DNA of 32,000 bases, from assembly GCA_015057625.1 (NCBI GenBank), contig SVDZ01000003.1, positions 196,180 through 228,179 of the forward strand, written 5' to 3'. Below the pieces are notes generated by a model. The model ran no database searches and was not told the DNA's origin. It saw nothing but the letters and a program-made list of their open reading frames with translations. This DNA comes from Lachnospiraceae bacterium. GTDB taxonomy: Bacteria; Bacillota; Clostridia; Lachnospirales; Lachnospiraceae. The position numbers and the translations under genes are program-made. Shown here one piece after another: positions 24,477-32,000 of the stretch (position 1 is its first letter; the number at the start of each line of letters is the position of its first letter).

Positions 24477-25218
24477 AAAAGTAAATATTACCGGTCTTCT
24501 TAATGAGTTTTTCTCGCATTCAGATGCTCATCCTAATGGTTGGGGGTTAGCGGTGTTTGACGACAGAAACGTCATTGTTGAAAAAGAACCGTTAAAAGCT
24601 TCGAAAAGTCATTACTTAAAAAGCAGACTTCACGATACCATTGAAACCTCGGGGCTTTTCGCTCACATCCGCAAGGCTACAATCGGTGGCGATTCTTATT
24701 CTAACACTCATCCCTTTGTTGCCACAGATAACTCCGGAAGAACATGGACTCTCGTTCACAATGGTACTATCTTTGACGCTCCTGTCCTGAGTGGTTACCG
24801 ACATTATCAAAAAGGAACTACAGACAGTGAACGTATTCTCTTATATATCGTTGATCAGGTTAATCGACACATCGCTGAAAAATCTGACGTGTTCGATGAT
24901 GATGCAAGATTTCATCTCATTGAAAAAATTATTAAAGAGCTTTCTCCTGAAAACAAGCTCAATCTTCTCATATATGACGGTGAACACATGTATGTTCACA
25001 AAAACGCTGCGGGCACTCTATATATAAAGGAACAATCTGGTGTTACTATTTTTTCCACAAGACCATTGTGCGGCACTAATTGGAATGAAGTGCCACAGAA
25101 CAAGCTCCTTGTATATAAAGAGGGTTCCACTGTTTATAGTGGAACCCCTCACAAACATTCATATATTGAAGATCCTGAACGAATCAAATTATTATTTATG
25201 GAATATTCACATCTGTGA
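24445..25218 (+). CDS. Class II (Ntn) glutamine amidotransferase-like protein (YafJ/EgtC-like)
   Basis: AAGGAG lies 9 nt before ATG 24445, giving N-terminal MCELFG. Cys2 would be the Ntn nucleophile, as required for this family. HPNGWGL and HIRKAT(I)G motifs. Overlaps the ligase gene by 32 nt. Confidence 0.75.
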   Translation: MCELFGITAIKKVNITGLLNEFFSHSDAHPNGWGLAVFDDRNVIVEKEPLKASKSHYLKSRLHDTIETSGLFAHIRKATIGGDSYSNTHPFVATDNSGRTWTLVHNGTIFDAPVLSGYRHYQKGTTDSERILLYIVDQVNRHIAEKSDVFDDDARFHLIEKIIKELSPENKLNLLIYDGEHMYVHKNAAGTLYIKEQSGVTIFSTRPLCGTNWNEVPQNKLLVYKEGSTVYSGTPHKHSYIEDPERIKLLFMEYSHL

Positions 25219-25309
25219 TTCAAAAACGTCTTATGCTACCTATGTGAATTAATTATCTGCACATTTTTGCAATCCTCGCAGGATTATAACTGAAAACTAG
25301 CTTTCTTAT

Positions 25310-25516
25310 TTATCTTTTTTTGCTAATTACCTGTCGTAAAATCTCCACGACCTCTTTCATTCTATCATCCTTGGCTTCAGAGAACATCTTCAATAACATT
25401 TTGTTCTGGCTCAGGTTAAATCCTTCAAATTTTTCCCGGAGTTTTTCGTCACTTGTTCCTCTTACATCAACCATATTTGCCCAGAAATCAATCTCCATAA
25501 ATTCCTGTTCAGTCAT
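25310..25516 (-). CDS. Hypothetical small acidic/basic helical protein (68 aa)
   Basis: AAGGAG lies 7 nt before the ATG. No family recognised. Last gene of a four-gene minus-strand cluster. Confidence 0.55.
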   Translation of the reverse strand: MTEQEFMEIDFWANMVDVRGTSDEKLREKFEGFNLSQNKMLLKMFSEAKDDRMKEVVEILRQVISKKR

Positions 25517-25585
25517 ATTGCTTCTCCTTTTAATTCTATCGTAAGCCTTACACCGTCAGCGTCTTCTAATTCAAATGTCTTCTAA

Positions 25586-26263
25586 TCAGATAGTATTCAA
25601 CAACTGATCGATAATCTTAAATGCTTTATCTGCTGAAGCTCTCACGTTTGTTTCAAAGTCACTGCCATCACCATCATACTCATCAGATATGCATTTGATT
25701 GATAAGCATTTTACATTGTTTAAATAACTTACTCTGGCAATTGCCGCAATTTCCATATCGCAAATATTACATCCCAAAGCGAATCGAGCTTCCTTATCCT
25801 CTGTTTTTTCTACAAATATATCACCTGATGCATCAACAGCTTCCTTGATTTCCGGGTAAATAGACTTGAGTATTTCTATTAACTCCTCATCAAGATAAAT
25901 ATACATATCTTTCATGTCGCCATACTGATGTTCAACCACATCATCTATACATGATGTGTCAAAATCATAATTTATACATTTGCTGACATAGAATAAATCG
26001 GATACCTTTAAGCTTGGATCAAGTGCTCCCGTAACACCAAAGTTCAAAATCATTTCCACATTATATTTAGTAATAAGATACTGAGTTGTCATAGCAGCAT
26101 CGATAAGTCCCCAACCTGACTTTACGGCATATACTTCATTACCGTTGATGACAGTTTTAAAACAAGTAAATGCTCCATCATCAAATTCTTCAATTTCGTA
26201 ACTGCTTTTTAAAAAAGCCTCCAATTCTCTTTCAATTGCAATAACAATACCTATTTTTTTCAT
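25586..26263 (-). CDS. PNP_UDP_1 family nucleosidase (MTA/SAH nucleosidase-like)
   Basis: MKKIGIVIAIERELEAFL...VKSGWGLIDAAMTTQYLI...NFGVTGAL...CDMEIAAIA, a pattern typical of MtnN-like phosphorylase-family proteins. Confidence 0.65.
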   Translation of the reverse strand: MKKIGIVIAIERELEAFLKSSYEIEEFDDGAFTCFKTVINGNEVYAVKSGWGLIDAAMTTQYLITKYNVEMILNFGVTGALDPSLKVSDLFYVSKCINYDFDTSCIDDVVEHQYGDMKDMYIYLDEELIEILKSIYPEIKEAVDASGDIFVEKTEDKEARFALGCNICDMEIAAIARVSYLNNVKCLSIKCISDEYDGDGSDFETNVRASADKAFKIIDQLLNTI

Positions 26264-26292
26264 TTTGTTTCTGTTCCTTTCTTTTCTTTTTC

Positions 26293-26799
26293 TTACACCT
26301 CTAGTCTGTACACATAATCATCCATAAAAAATCCGTTTCCAATATCATTCTTCTCCTCACGGATAATCCTGAATCCCATATGATCATAGACCTGGCAGGC
26401 ATCATTTCCACGATTAACATTGAGTTCAATACCATATAGACCTGCTGCCTTAGTTTCGTCTTTTATAAAATCAAGCATCTTTGATGCATATCCTTTTTTT
26501 CTCTCTGTCTTGTACAAATAGAACTTACTTAGATACATTGCACCCTCTCTCGGGTAAAATGCCGTAAATCCAACTACTTTATCATCTGCTTTTACAAAAT
26601 AATACCTATAACCATTTTCTAGCTGTTCTCTTATGGCATCTTCTGTCTGAAACATTTGAAGCATATAATCATTTTGGGTCTTTCCAATCAGGGGATCAAA
26701 ATGCTCTCTGACAATTGATGTTGCCATCACGGACATTTCACTTATACCCTTATCGTCATCTTTTGATAATTCTATAAAATACATATGAGCATTCTCCAT
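26293..26799 (-). CDS. GNAT family N-acetyltransferase
   Basis: Acetyl-CoA motif region YLYKTERKKGYASKMLDFI...GLYGIELNV...A..VYDHMGF. The alternative start ATG 26784 has GGAGA 8 nt upstream and may be the true start. Confidence 0.8.
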   Translation of the reverse strand: MENAHMYFIELSKDDDKGISEMSVMATSIVREHFDPLIGKTQNDYMLQMFQTEDAIREQLENGYRYYFVKADDKVVGFTAFYPREGAMYLSKFYLYKTERKKGYASKMLDFIKDETKAAGLYGIELNVNRGNDACQVYDHMGFRIIREEKNDIGNGFFMDDYVYRLEV

Positions 26800-26815
26800 T
26801 TTCAGTCATTTATAC

Positions 26816-27004
26816 TTACATCCACTTGCATCCACAGTCATTACAAATGTACTTTTTCACATGATAACTGTGAAAAAATAATACTCTGACTCTTTCATCA
26901 ATTTCCTTTATCCCGGTGCCCCTGCACTCAGGACATATTTCATGCTGCCCCCATAATGATGCAAGTTCAGCGTCCTCTCTATTATTATCTTTGCTATTAC
27001 TCAA
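26816..27004 (-). CDS. Small Zn-ribbon-like protein (62 aa)
   Basis: CPEC...CNDC pair (ICPECRGTG...ICNDCGCKW). TTG start with a poor RBS, so the start and even expression are uncertain. Confidence 0.4.
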   Translation of the reverse strand: MSNSKDNNREDAELASLWGQHEICPECRGTGIKEIDERVRVLFFHSYHVKKYICNDCGCKWM

Positions 27005-27210
27005 AAAACTCGTGCCCCTTTTTTCATTGTTTTATTTTCTTATATCACCTATCATACCATACTTCCAACAGCAAAACTACAGTTGGGTGTGTTTCTGACT
27101 TTTCTAAACCCAATTTACCATATCACTCATTTTTGTCTGCAAATTCGAAACGATATACCTGAAAGGCTGAAATCTTACATATATTAACACATGATTTTCC
27201 CTCAATTTCC

Positions 27211-27239
27211 TTGTTTGCTCATTTACATGATGTTATAAT
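27211..27239 (+). promoter_or_regulatory. Candidate promoter of the hydrogenase-like gene
   Basis: TTGTTT (27211-27216), a 17-nt spacer, then the extended -10 TGtTATAAT (27231-27239). Confidence 0.55.
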
Positions 27240-27308
27240 TCTCATAAAAGAATTATATCCCCCACAAAGAAAAAGATTGTTGCAAGCATATTTTTGAAAG
27301 GACATTGT

Positions 27309-28829
27309 ATGAGAGGAATTTATTCAAACAAAACAGAAATCAGACATCAGGTGTTTACCGAGATTGCCAAAATGGCATATGAGGGCGGTGATTTTTCACG
27401 AATTGAGGAGTTGCCATATAAGCTTGTGCCCGGAGAGATGGGTACCTACTACAACAATATATTTCTCGAGAGAGCAATCATCGGTGAGCGTCTGCGCGCG
27501 ACTATGGGACTTCCTATCAGAAACTTTTCTGAGCACTCACTTTTGTCGGAAGGAATCGACAAGAGTGCAATCGACGAGAAATACTATGACCCTCCTCTTG
27601 TAAATATTATCAAGTTTGCATGCCACGCTTGTCCTGAAAAAAGAACCTTTGTTACCAACGGTTGCCAGGGCTGTCTTGAACATCCGTGCGTTGAGGTATG
27701 TCCGAAAAAAGCCATTTCCATGGTTGACGGTCACTCCGTGATAGATGAGGAGAAGTGTATCCATTGTGGCAAGTGTGTCAACGCCTGTCCATACAATGCA
27801 ATCGTCAAACAGGAACGCCCATGTGCTAAGGCTTGCGGAATGAATGCCATCAAATCAGACCAGTACGGAAGAGCAGATATCGATTACAATCTCTGCGTTT
27901 CCTGTGGTATGTGTCTTGTAAGCTGTCCCTTCAGTGCAATTGTTGATAAGAGTCAGATTTTCCAGACAGTACTGGCTCTTAAAAGTGATACACCTATTTA
28001 TGCTGCTATCGCTCCTTCATTTATAAATCAGTTTGGTGAAGGTGCTGACGAAGTTCACATGAGAGCAGCTCTTAAGGAACTTGGTTTCGAAGATATGATT
28101 GAAGTTGCAATCGGTGCAGATTTGTGTGCATTGCAGGAGGCTGAAGACTTTTTAAATGAGGTTCCTGAAAAGATTCCATTCATGGGAACATCCTGCTGCC
28201 CTGCCTGGTCAGTCATGGCAAAGCAACAATTCCCTGAATACGCTAACTGCATTTCCATGGCTCTTACACCTATGGTTCTTACTGCGAGAATGATAAAGAA
28301 AGATCATCCTGACTGCAAGGTTGTTTTCATTGGACCTTGTGCTGCCAAAAAGCTTGAGGCCAGCAGACGAAGCGTTAGAAGCGAGGTCGACTTTGTTCTT
28401 ACATTTGAGGAGATGGCCGGAATATTTTCTGCAAAAGGCATAGACCCAAAATCAATCAATGTATCAAGTGAGCTTACACAAAAATCAAGTGCCGACGGAA
28501 AAGGATTCGCTGTGAGCGGCGGTGTTGCACACGCAGTTACAAATGTTATCAAAAAGCTTGACCCTGACAGAGAAGTCAAAGTTGTCAGCGCTGAAGGACT
28601 TGCAGACTGCAAGAAAATGATGATGCTTGCAAAAGCCGGCAAATATGATGGATATCTTCTTGAAGGCATGGCATGTCCCGGCGGTTGCGTCGGAGGCGCC
28701 GGAGTTGTCAGCGATATAAAAAAAGCTGCCAAAGTTTTGGAATCTGCCAAAACCAAGTCAGCTCTTAAGACTTCAAACGAAACCGAATATAAGGATTATC
28801 TTGATCTGATAACTGCTAATGAAAACTAA
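27309..28829 (+). CDS. [FeFe]-hydrogenase family protein with N-terminal 4Fe-4S ferredoxin-type domains
   Basis: Cys clusters CIHCGKCVNACP and CVSCGMCLVSCP. H-cluster motifs TSCCPAW, GPCAAKKLE (canonical MPCxxKxxE) and EGMACPGGCVGG. AAAGGA lies before ATG 27309; the track's TTG 27294 is unlikely. Confidence 0.85.
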   Translation: MRGIYSNKTEIRHQVFTEIAKMAYEGGDFSRIEELPYKLVPGEMGTYYNNIFLERAIIGERLRATMGLPIRNFSEHSLLSEGIDKSAIDEKYYDPPLVNIIKFACHACPEKRTFVTNGCQGCLEHPCVEVCPKKAISMVDGHSVIDEEKCIHCGKCVNACPYNAIVKQERPCAKACGMNAIKSDQYGRADIDYNLCVSCGMCLVSCPFSAIVDKSQIFQTVLALKSDTPIYAAIAPSFINQFGEGADEVHMRAALKELGFEDMIEVAIGADLCALQEAEDFLNEVPEKIPFMGTSCCPAWSVMAKQQFPEYANCISMALTPMVLTARMIKKDHPDCKVVFIGPCAAKKLEASRRSVRSEVDFVLTFEEMAGIFSAKGIDPKSINVSSELTQKSSADGKGFAVSGGVAHAVTNVIKKLDPDREVKVVSAEGLADCKKMMMLAKAGKYDGYLLEGMACPGGCVGGAGVVSDIKKAAKVLESAKTKSALKTSNETEYKDYLDLITANEN

Positions 28830-28850
28830 TAATCGGATATTCCATAAAAC

Positions 28851-28902
28851 AATCCCCCTTAAGTAGATTATGGTTATATACCTTGTCTACTTAAGGGGGA
28901 TT
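28851..28902. terminator. Long perfect hairpin between convergent genes
   Basis: 17-bp perfect stem aatcccccttaagtaga (28851-28867) / tctacttaagggggatt (28886-28902). The flanking T tracts are weak, with gtttta on the - strand. Confidence 0.55.
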
Positions 28903-28956
28903 ATATCATTAATCCTAACTCCTTATACTTAACCTTTATTTAGTGCAAGCTATGAG

Positions 28957-29211
28957 TTATGCTCCGATTCTCATCTCAACCTGTGAGTTAACTACTATTA
29001 TTTCATCTACCGACACACCGAGTACTGTTGAAAGAACAACTAAATTATCGATTGTTGGTAATGTATCCCCCTTCTGCCACTTGTAAATTGCATTAGGAGT
29101 GGCAAACCCGAATATATCCTGAATATCCTTTACGGATAAACCTGCCTGCTTTCTTAAATCCTTAATATTATTTCCTGTTCCTATCATATCAATTGTTGGC
29201 ATTGTAAACAT
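28957..29211 (-). CDS. XRE-family HTH transcriptional regulator (84 aa)
   Basis: GGAGGAG lies 8 nt before the ATG. HTH ...NIKDLRKQAGLSVKDIQDIFGFATPNAIYKWQKGDTLPTIDNLVVLSTVLGVSVDEII. Confidence 0.85.
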   Translation of the reverse strand: MFTMPTIDMIGTGNNIKDLRKQAGLSVKDIQDIFGFATPNAIYKWQKGDTLPTIDNLVVLSTVLGVSVDEIIVVNSQVEMRIGA

Positions 29212-29344
29212 ATACTTTTCTCCTCCATTTAATCATCATACTGTTTTTGTTAATAAGTAAAAAATGTATCTTTGATTAGGCGGTTACTCCTATATGTCTC
29301 ATTTATATTTTCTTCTCCGGCTTATAATATAAACTGAAAAGCAA

Positions 29345-29381
29345 ATAAAAAAACCGCCTACCCCATAAAAGATAAGCGGTT
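29345..29381 (-). terminator. Intrinsic terminator after the M50-like gene / small ORF
   Basis: On the - strand: aaccgctta...taggcggtt stem (one mismatch) followed by seven T (plus-strand A-run 29347-29353). Confidence 0.7.
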
Positions 29382-29421
29382 CAATGATTGATATAACTAC
29401 AAATAATCTATAGTATAATAA

Positions 29422-29565
29422 TCAGCAAAATTCATGTTTCTTTTGCAAATCACTTATCTCATATGCGAGCACTGTAACATAACCATGCACCTTATGGGTA
29501 TTATGATGCATCGCCACTCTATTTCTATATACGTTATGATAAGTATTAACATTGCTATTAAACAT
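29422..29565 (-). CDS. Possible 47-aa His/Asn-rich small protein
   Basis: Below the ORF-track cutoff. AAGGAGA lies 5 nt before the ATG. Translation: MFNSNVNTYHNVYRNRVAMHHNTHKVHGYVTVLAYEISDLQKKHEFC. No homology recognised. Confidence 0.3.
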   Translation of the reverse strand: MFNSNVNTYHNVYRNRVAMHHNTHKVHGYVTVLAYEISDLQKKHEFC

Positions 29566-29705
29566 AAATTTCTCCTTTCCTGATTATTTTATCATATGCT
29601 CGTTTTTTTAGTACAAGCCAACTATAACACATCTTCCAGATTTTGTCATTATACCTGTGGTAGAAAAATTACATTTTTTTCTTTTCTTCTATCCTATATA
29701 AAATT

Positions 29706-30863
29706 CTATTTAGATTCCTTGTTTGAATAATGTTCTTTTGCTTTTAACAACATTTCTTCTTCCGTTTTTTTGTCTACTTCATAAGGATAACTCTTCATTA
29801 TTTTATAAAAATTATCATAGTGCTTTTTAGCTTTCTTTTCATCCTGCTCAACAAACAATGAATACACATATTGAATTCTTGGAGTAGATATCATATTTGC
29901 TGCCATTTTCAAATATTCATTCAATTCTTTATCCTTATACATTTCATCTATTTTTTCTCTCGGATAATCTAACATAATCATACAATAAACCATTTCCTGT
30001 TTTACTATATTTTTATGTACGCCTGCAATCTTCTCCACATGTTCAAGAATATATTCTCCCAGATTCATTGCCTCTTCCAGTTTCCACAAATCAATTAGTC
30101 TCATAAACTTATTGATAATTACACTGGCACTTATTGAATCTTCTATCTTGTCTTCCATTTCTATCTCAAATAATTCTTCCGGGATTTCTCTCAATCTCTT
30201 TCCCTCTGTGATTTTTTCAAAAATAGAAAATGTATTTGCAAACGCTTTGCGGGCTTTCGGATTTTTTTTAAGTGTAATAATATTCTTTCCGTCATTGTCC
30301 AACTGACTTGAAGACATTGGAACTCCGTTTAATATTGCGCAGGCAACACCAACCACTATAAATAGTTTCAGGGCTGCATCCACAATTGCATTTCCACCAA
30401 ATACCAACAATACAATCAATGCTAAGATTGCTGTTATGAGATTAATTAATACTCCTCCTAAATTGTACAATACATAAGGAATTTCATCTCCATTATCTTT
30501 TGGAGGAAGCATAATACACTGTCCCCCCGTTCCGGGAATGGAATATTTCTTAATTTTCAATTTGCCGTTATCCTTCAAAATTATTATGTTGCCAACTCTG
30601 AAAGAAGAAAAATCATATCCGCTGATTAATCCGAAAATAAGATGTCCTGCTTCATGAATAACAAGATGAACAAACATCATTGTAAACATAATAACAACGG
30701 CCAACATACATATAATTATGTTATTCACAGCAGTACCATCTTCCCCAAATAGATACCTGCTTATTTCTACTCCCTCGATACCTGCAACCCATCCCGATAC
30801 CATAAGCGCTATCATTGACGCCACACTCATCATATTTACTTTTGATTTCTTCTTTTCCATCAT
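29706..30863 (-). CDS. M50-like (site-2 protease family) membrane metalloprotease with C-terminal helical-repeat domain
   Basis: HEAGH in a TM segment (VHLVIHEAGHLIFG) and a second TM motif LNGVPMSSSQLDNDG (NxxPxxxxDG-like). ~190-aa soluble helical C-terminus. GGAGG lies 6 nt before the ATG. Confidence 0.7.
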   Translation of the reverse strand: MMEKKKSKVNMMSVASMIALMVSGWVAGIEGVEISRYLFGEDGTAVNNIIICMLAVVIMFTMMFVHLVIHEAGHLIFGLISGYDFSSFRVGNIIILKDNGKLKIKKYSIPGTGGQCIMLPPKDNGDEIPYVLYNLGGVLINLITAILALIVLLVFGGNAIVDAALKLFIVVGVACAILNGVPMSSSQLDNDGKNIITLKKNPKARKAFANTFSIFEKITEGKRLREIPEELFEIEMEDKIEDSISASVIINKFMRLIDLWKLEEAMNLGEYILEHVEKIAGVHKNIVKQEMVYCMIMLDYPREKIDEMYKDKELNEYLKMAANMISTPRIQYVYSLFVEQDEKKAKKHYDNFYKIMKSYPYEVDKKTEEEMLLKAKEHYSNKESK

Positions 30864-30907
30864 AAAACCTCCACCATTTTTCCACTATTCAAGAGTGCTC
30901 TCGCCTT

Positions 30908-31108
30908 CTATTCCTCTTCCGGCCAGAACAGATCATCCAGACTTTTATTTAATGCCTTGCAAATATCAATACAAAGGGAAATACTGGGATTGTATTTTCC
31001 GGCTTCGATAAGTCCTATAGTTTGCCTTGCCACATTAACTTTGTCGGCCAACTGCTCCTGCGTCAAATCGCACTCTATTCTTGCAATTTTCATTCGCTTA
31101 TTCTTCAT
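30908..31108 (-). CDS. Small XRE-family HTH regulator (66 aa)
   Basis: MKIARIECDLTQEQLADKVNVARQTIGLIEAGKYNPSISLCIDICKALNKSLDDLFW, the classic short Cro/CI-type regulator. ATG 31108 overlaps the upstream gene by 11 nt. The alternative start is ATG 31093. Confidence 0.88.
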   Translation of the reverse strand: MKNKRMKIARIECDLTQEQLADKVNVARQTIGLIEAGKYNPSISLCIDICKALNKSLDDLFWPEEE

Positions 31109-31814
31109 CTTCTACATCAGCCTCCTTGACTTTCTTATCTGAATTCCTTTCACTGATTCTTATCAAAGTATACATCGCTGCAAAGAATAAAACACCCCAC
31201 ATTATCGCCATCTTAATCACAATTATCACATTGTCTATGTTCATAGACTTGCCCTCTTTTAAACTTGATAAGAACATCACCGAACCAAATATTATACTTC
31301 CACCAAAACATCTTAATGCTAATGCTTTAACTCTGGTCAATTCACTCTCATTTCGCTTTTCAGCGGTATTTTTCTTTTCGAAGGTTAACCAGCCTTTCTT
31401 TACTGCAATAACGGTAAATATAGAAAGCGGAATTATCCATATAATAATATTAGATGCATAATACAAAACGCCATCGGTAATTAACGATAATACAACGTCA
31501 CCTAAAGCAAATGTAAATAACATTGCAATTAATATATATCTAAATGTTTTATAATGCATTTCCAGCAGACATTCATCTGATTTTTCCACAAACAGAATGC
31601 CTTTTCTTTTCTCATCAACAAGATAGATTACTGCCCCAATAACTAAAGATATAATCTCAAGACTATATCCTACAAACGGTACTTCAAAAGATACCTTTAT
31701 CACAATTGAACAAATTGCCAAAAAAATCATGGCAACAACAGTATAATAGCAATATTTTCCTGATTCCCCAATAATTCTTTCATCTTCTTTAAAAATATAA
31801 TTGTTACTTTTCAT
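31098..31814 (-). CDS. Polytopic membrane protein of unknown function (238 aa)
   Basis: GGGAGG RBS. ~6 hydrophobic segments and an acidic C-terminal tail. Co-oriented with and overlapping the HTH gene. Confidence 0.65.
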   Translation of the reverse strand: MKSNNYIFKEDERIIGESGKYCYYTVVAMIFLAICSIVIKVSFEVPFVGYSLEIISLVIGAVIYLVDEKRKGILFVEKSDECLLEMHYKTFRYILIAMLFTFALGDVVLSLITDGVLYYASNIIIWIIPLSIFTVIAVKKGWLTFEKKNTAEKRNESELTRVKALALRCFGGSIIFGSVMFLSSLKEGKSMNIDNVIIVIKMAIMWGVLFFAAMYTLIRISERNSDKKVKEADVEDEE

Positions 31815-32000
31815 AATAAACCTCCCATACTAATCAACAATAATTCATAATCAAGCACGCACTCTCAAGCGAGTCTGAATTTTGATAACAATACAATATC
31901 ACACCTGCAAGTAGAATGCAATATATATATTACATTTTGTATTATTATGATTACTTTATGTGGTAGATATATGATATTTTGCTGCAATTAGCCGGCATTC

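Overview
AT-rich window with Gram-positive style GGAGG ribosome-binding sites. It looks like a chromosomal segment of a fibre-degrading Clostridia or Lachnospiraceae-like bacterium (inference only). Most of it is ordinary and recognisable. In order: a FeoA-FeoB fusion; a polysaccharide-utilisation-like locus (GH5 glycanase, secreted Ig-like repeat protein, YesM/YesN-type two-component system, CUT1 sugar ABC importer); a small DUF2007/DUF6440-like gene pair; an ECF sigma with a putative anti-sigma; a YtrA/GntR-ABC module; MetRS; MgtE behind a structured leader; an overlapping glutamate-cysteine-ligase-family and Ntn-amidotransferase pair; a Zn-ribbon/GNAT/MTAN-like operon; an [FeFe]-hydrogenase-family protein; and XRE regulators with an M50-like membrane protease. 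I saw no rRNA, tRNA, cas, transposase, integrase or phage genes. The unexplained signal is non-coding. Two long intergenic islands (2581-3299 and 14212-15156) each carry a tandem array with an exact 63-bp period (6 and 7 units). The geometry resembles CRISPR, but the 'spacers' are related to each other and there are no cas genes. The two arrays share the same order of short motifs, and one unit of the first array has a compensatory double substitution in an 8-bp stem. Both arrays sit next to copies or variants of a hairpin element. A 73-bp core of that element is 100% identical in the 5' leaders of feoAB and of the ECF sigma gene. The second array is followed by a terminator hairpin, an extended -10 promoter, the element and then the sigma gene. 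I consider this repeat and element family the best candidate for something undescribed, but its function cannot be determined from sequence alone.
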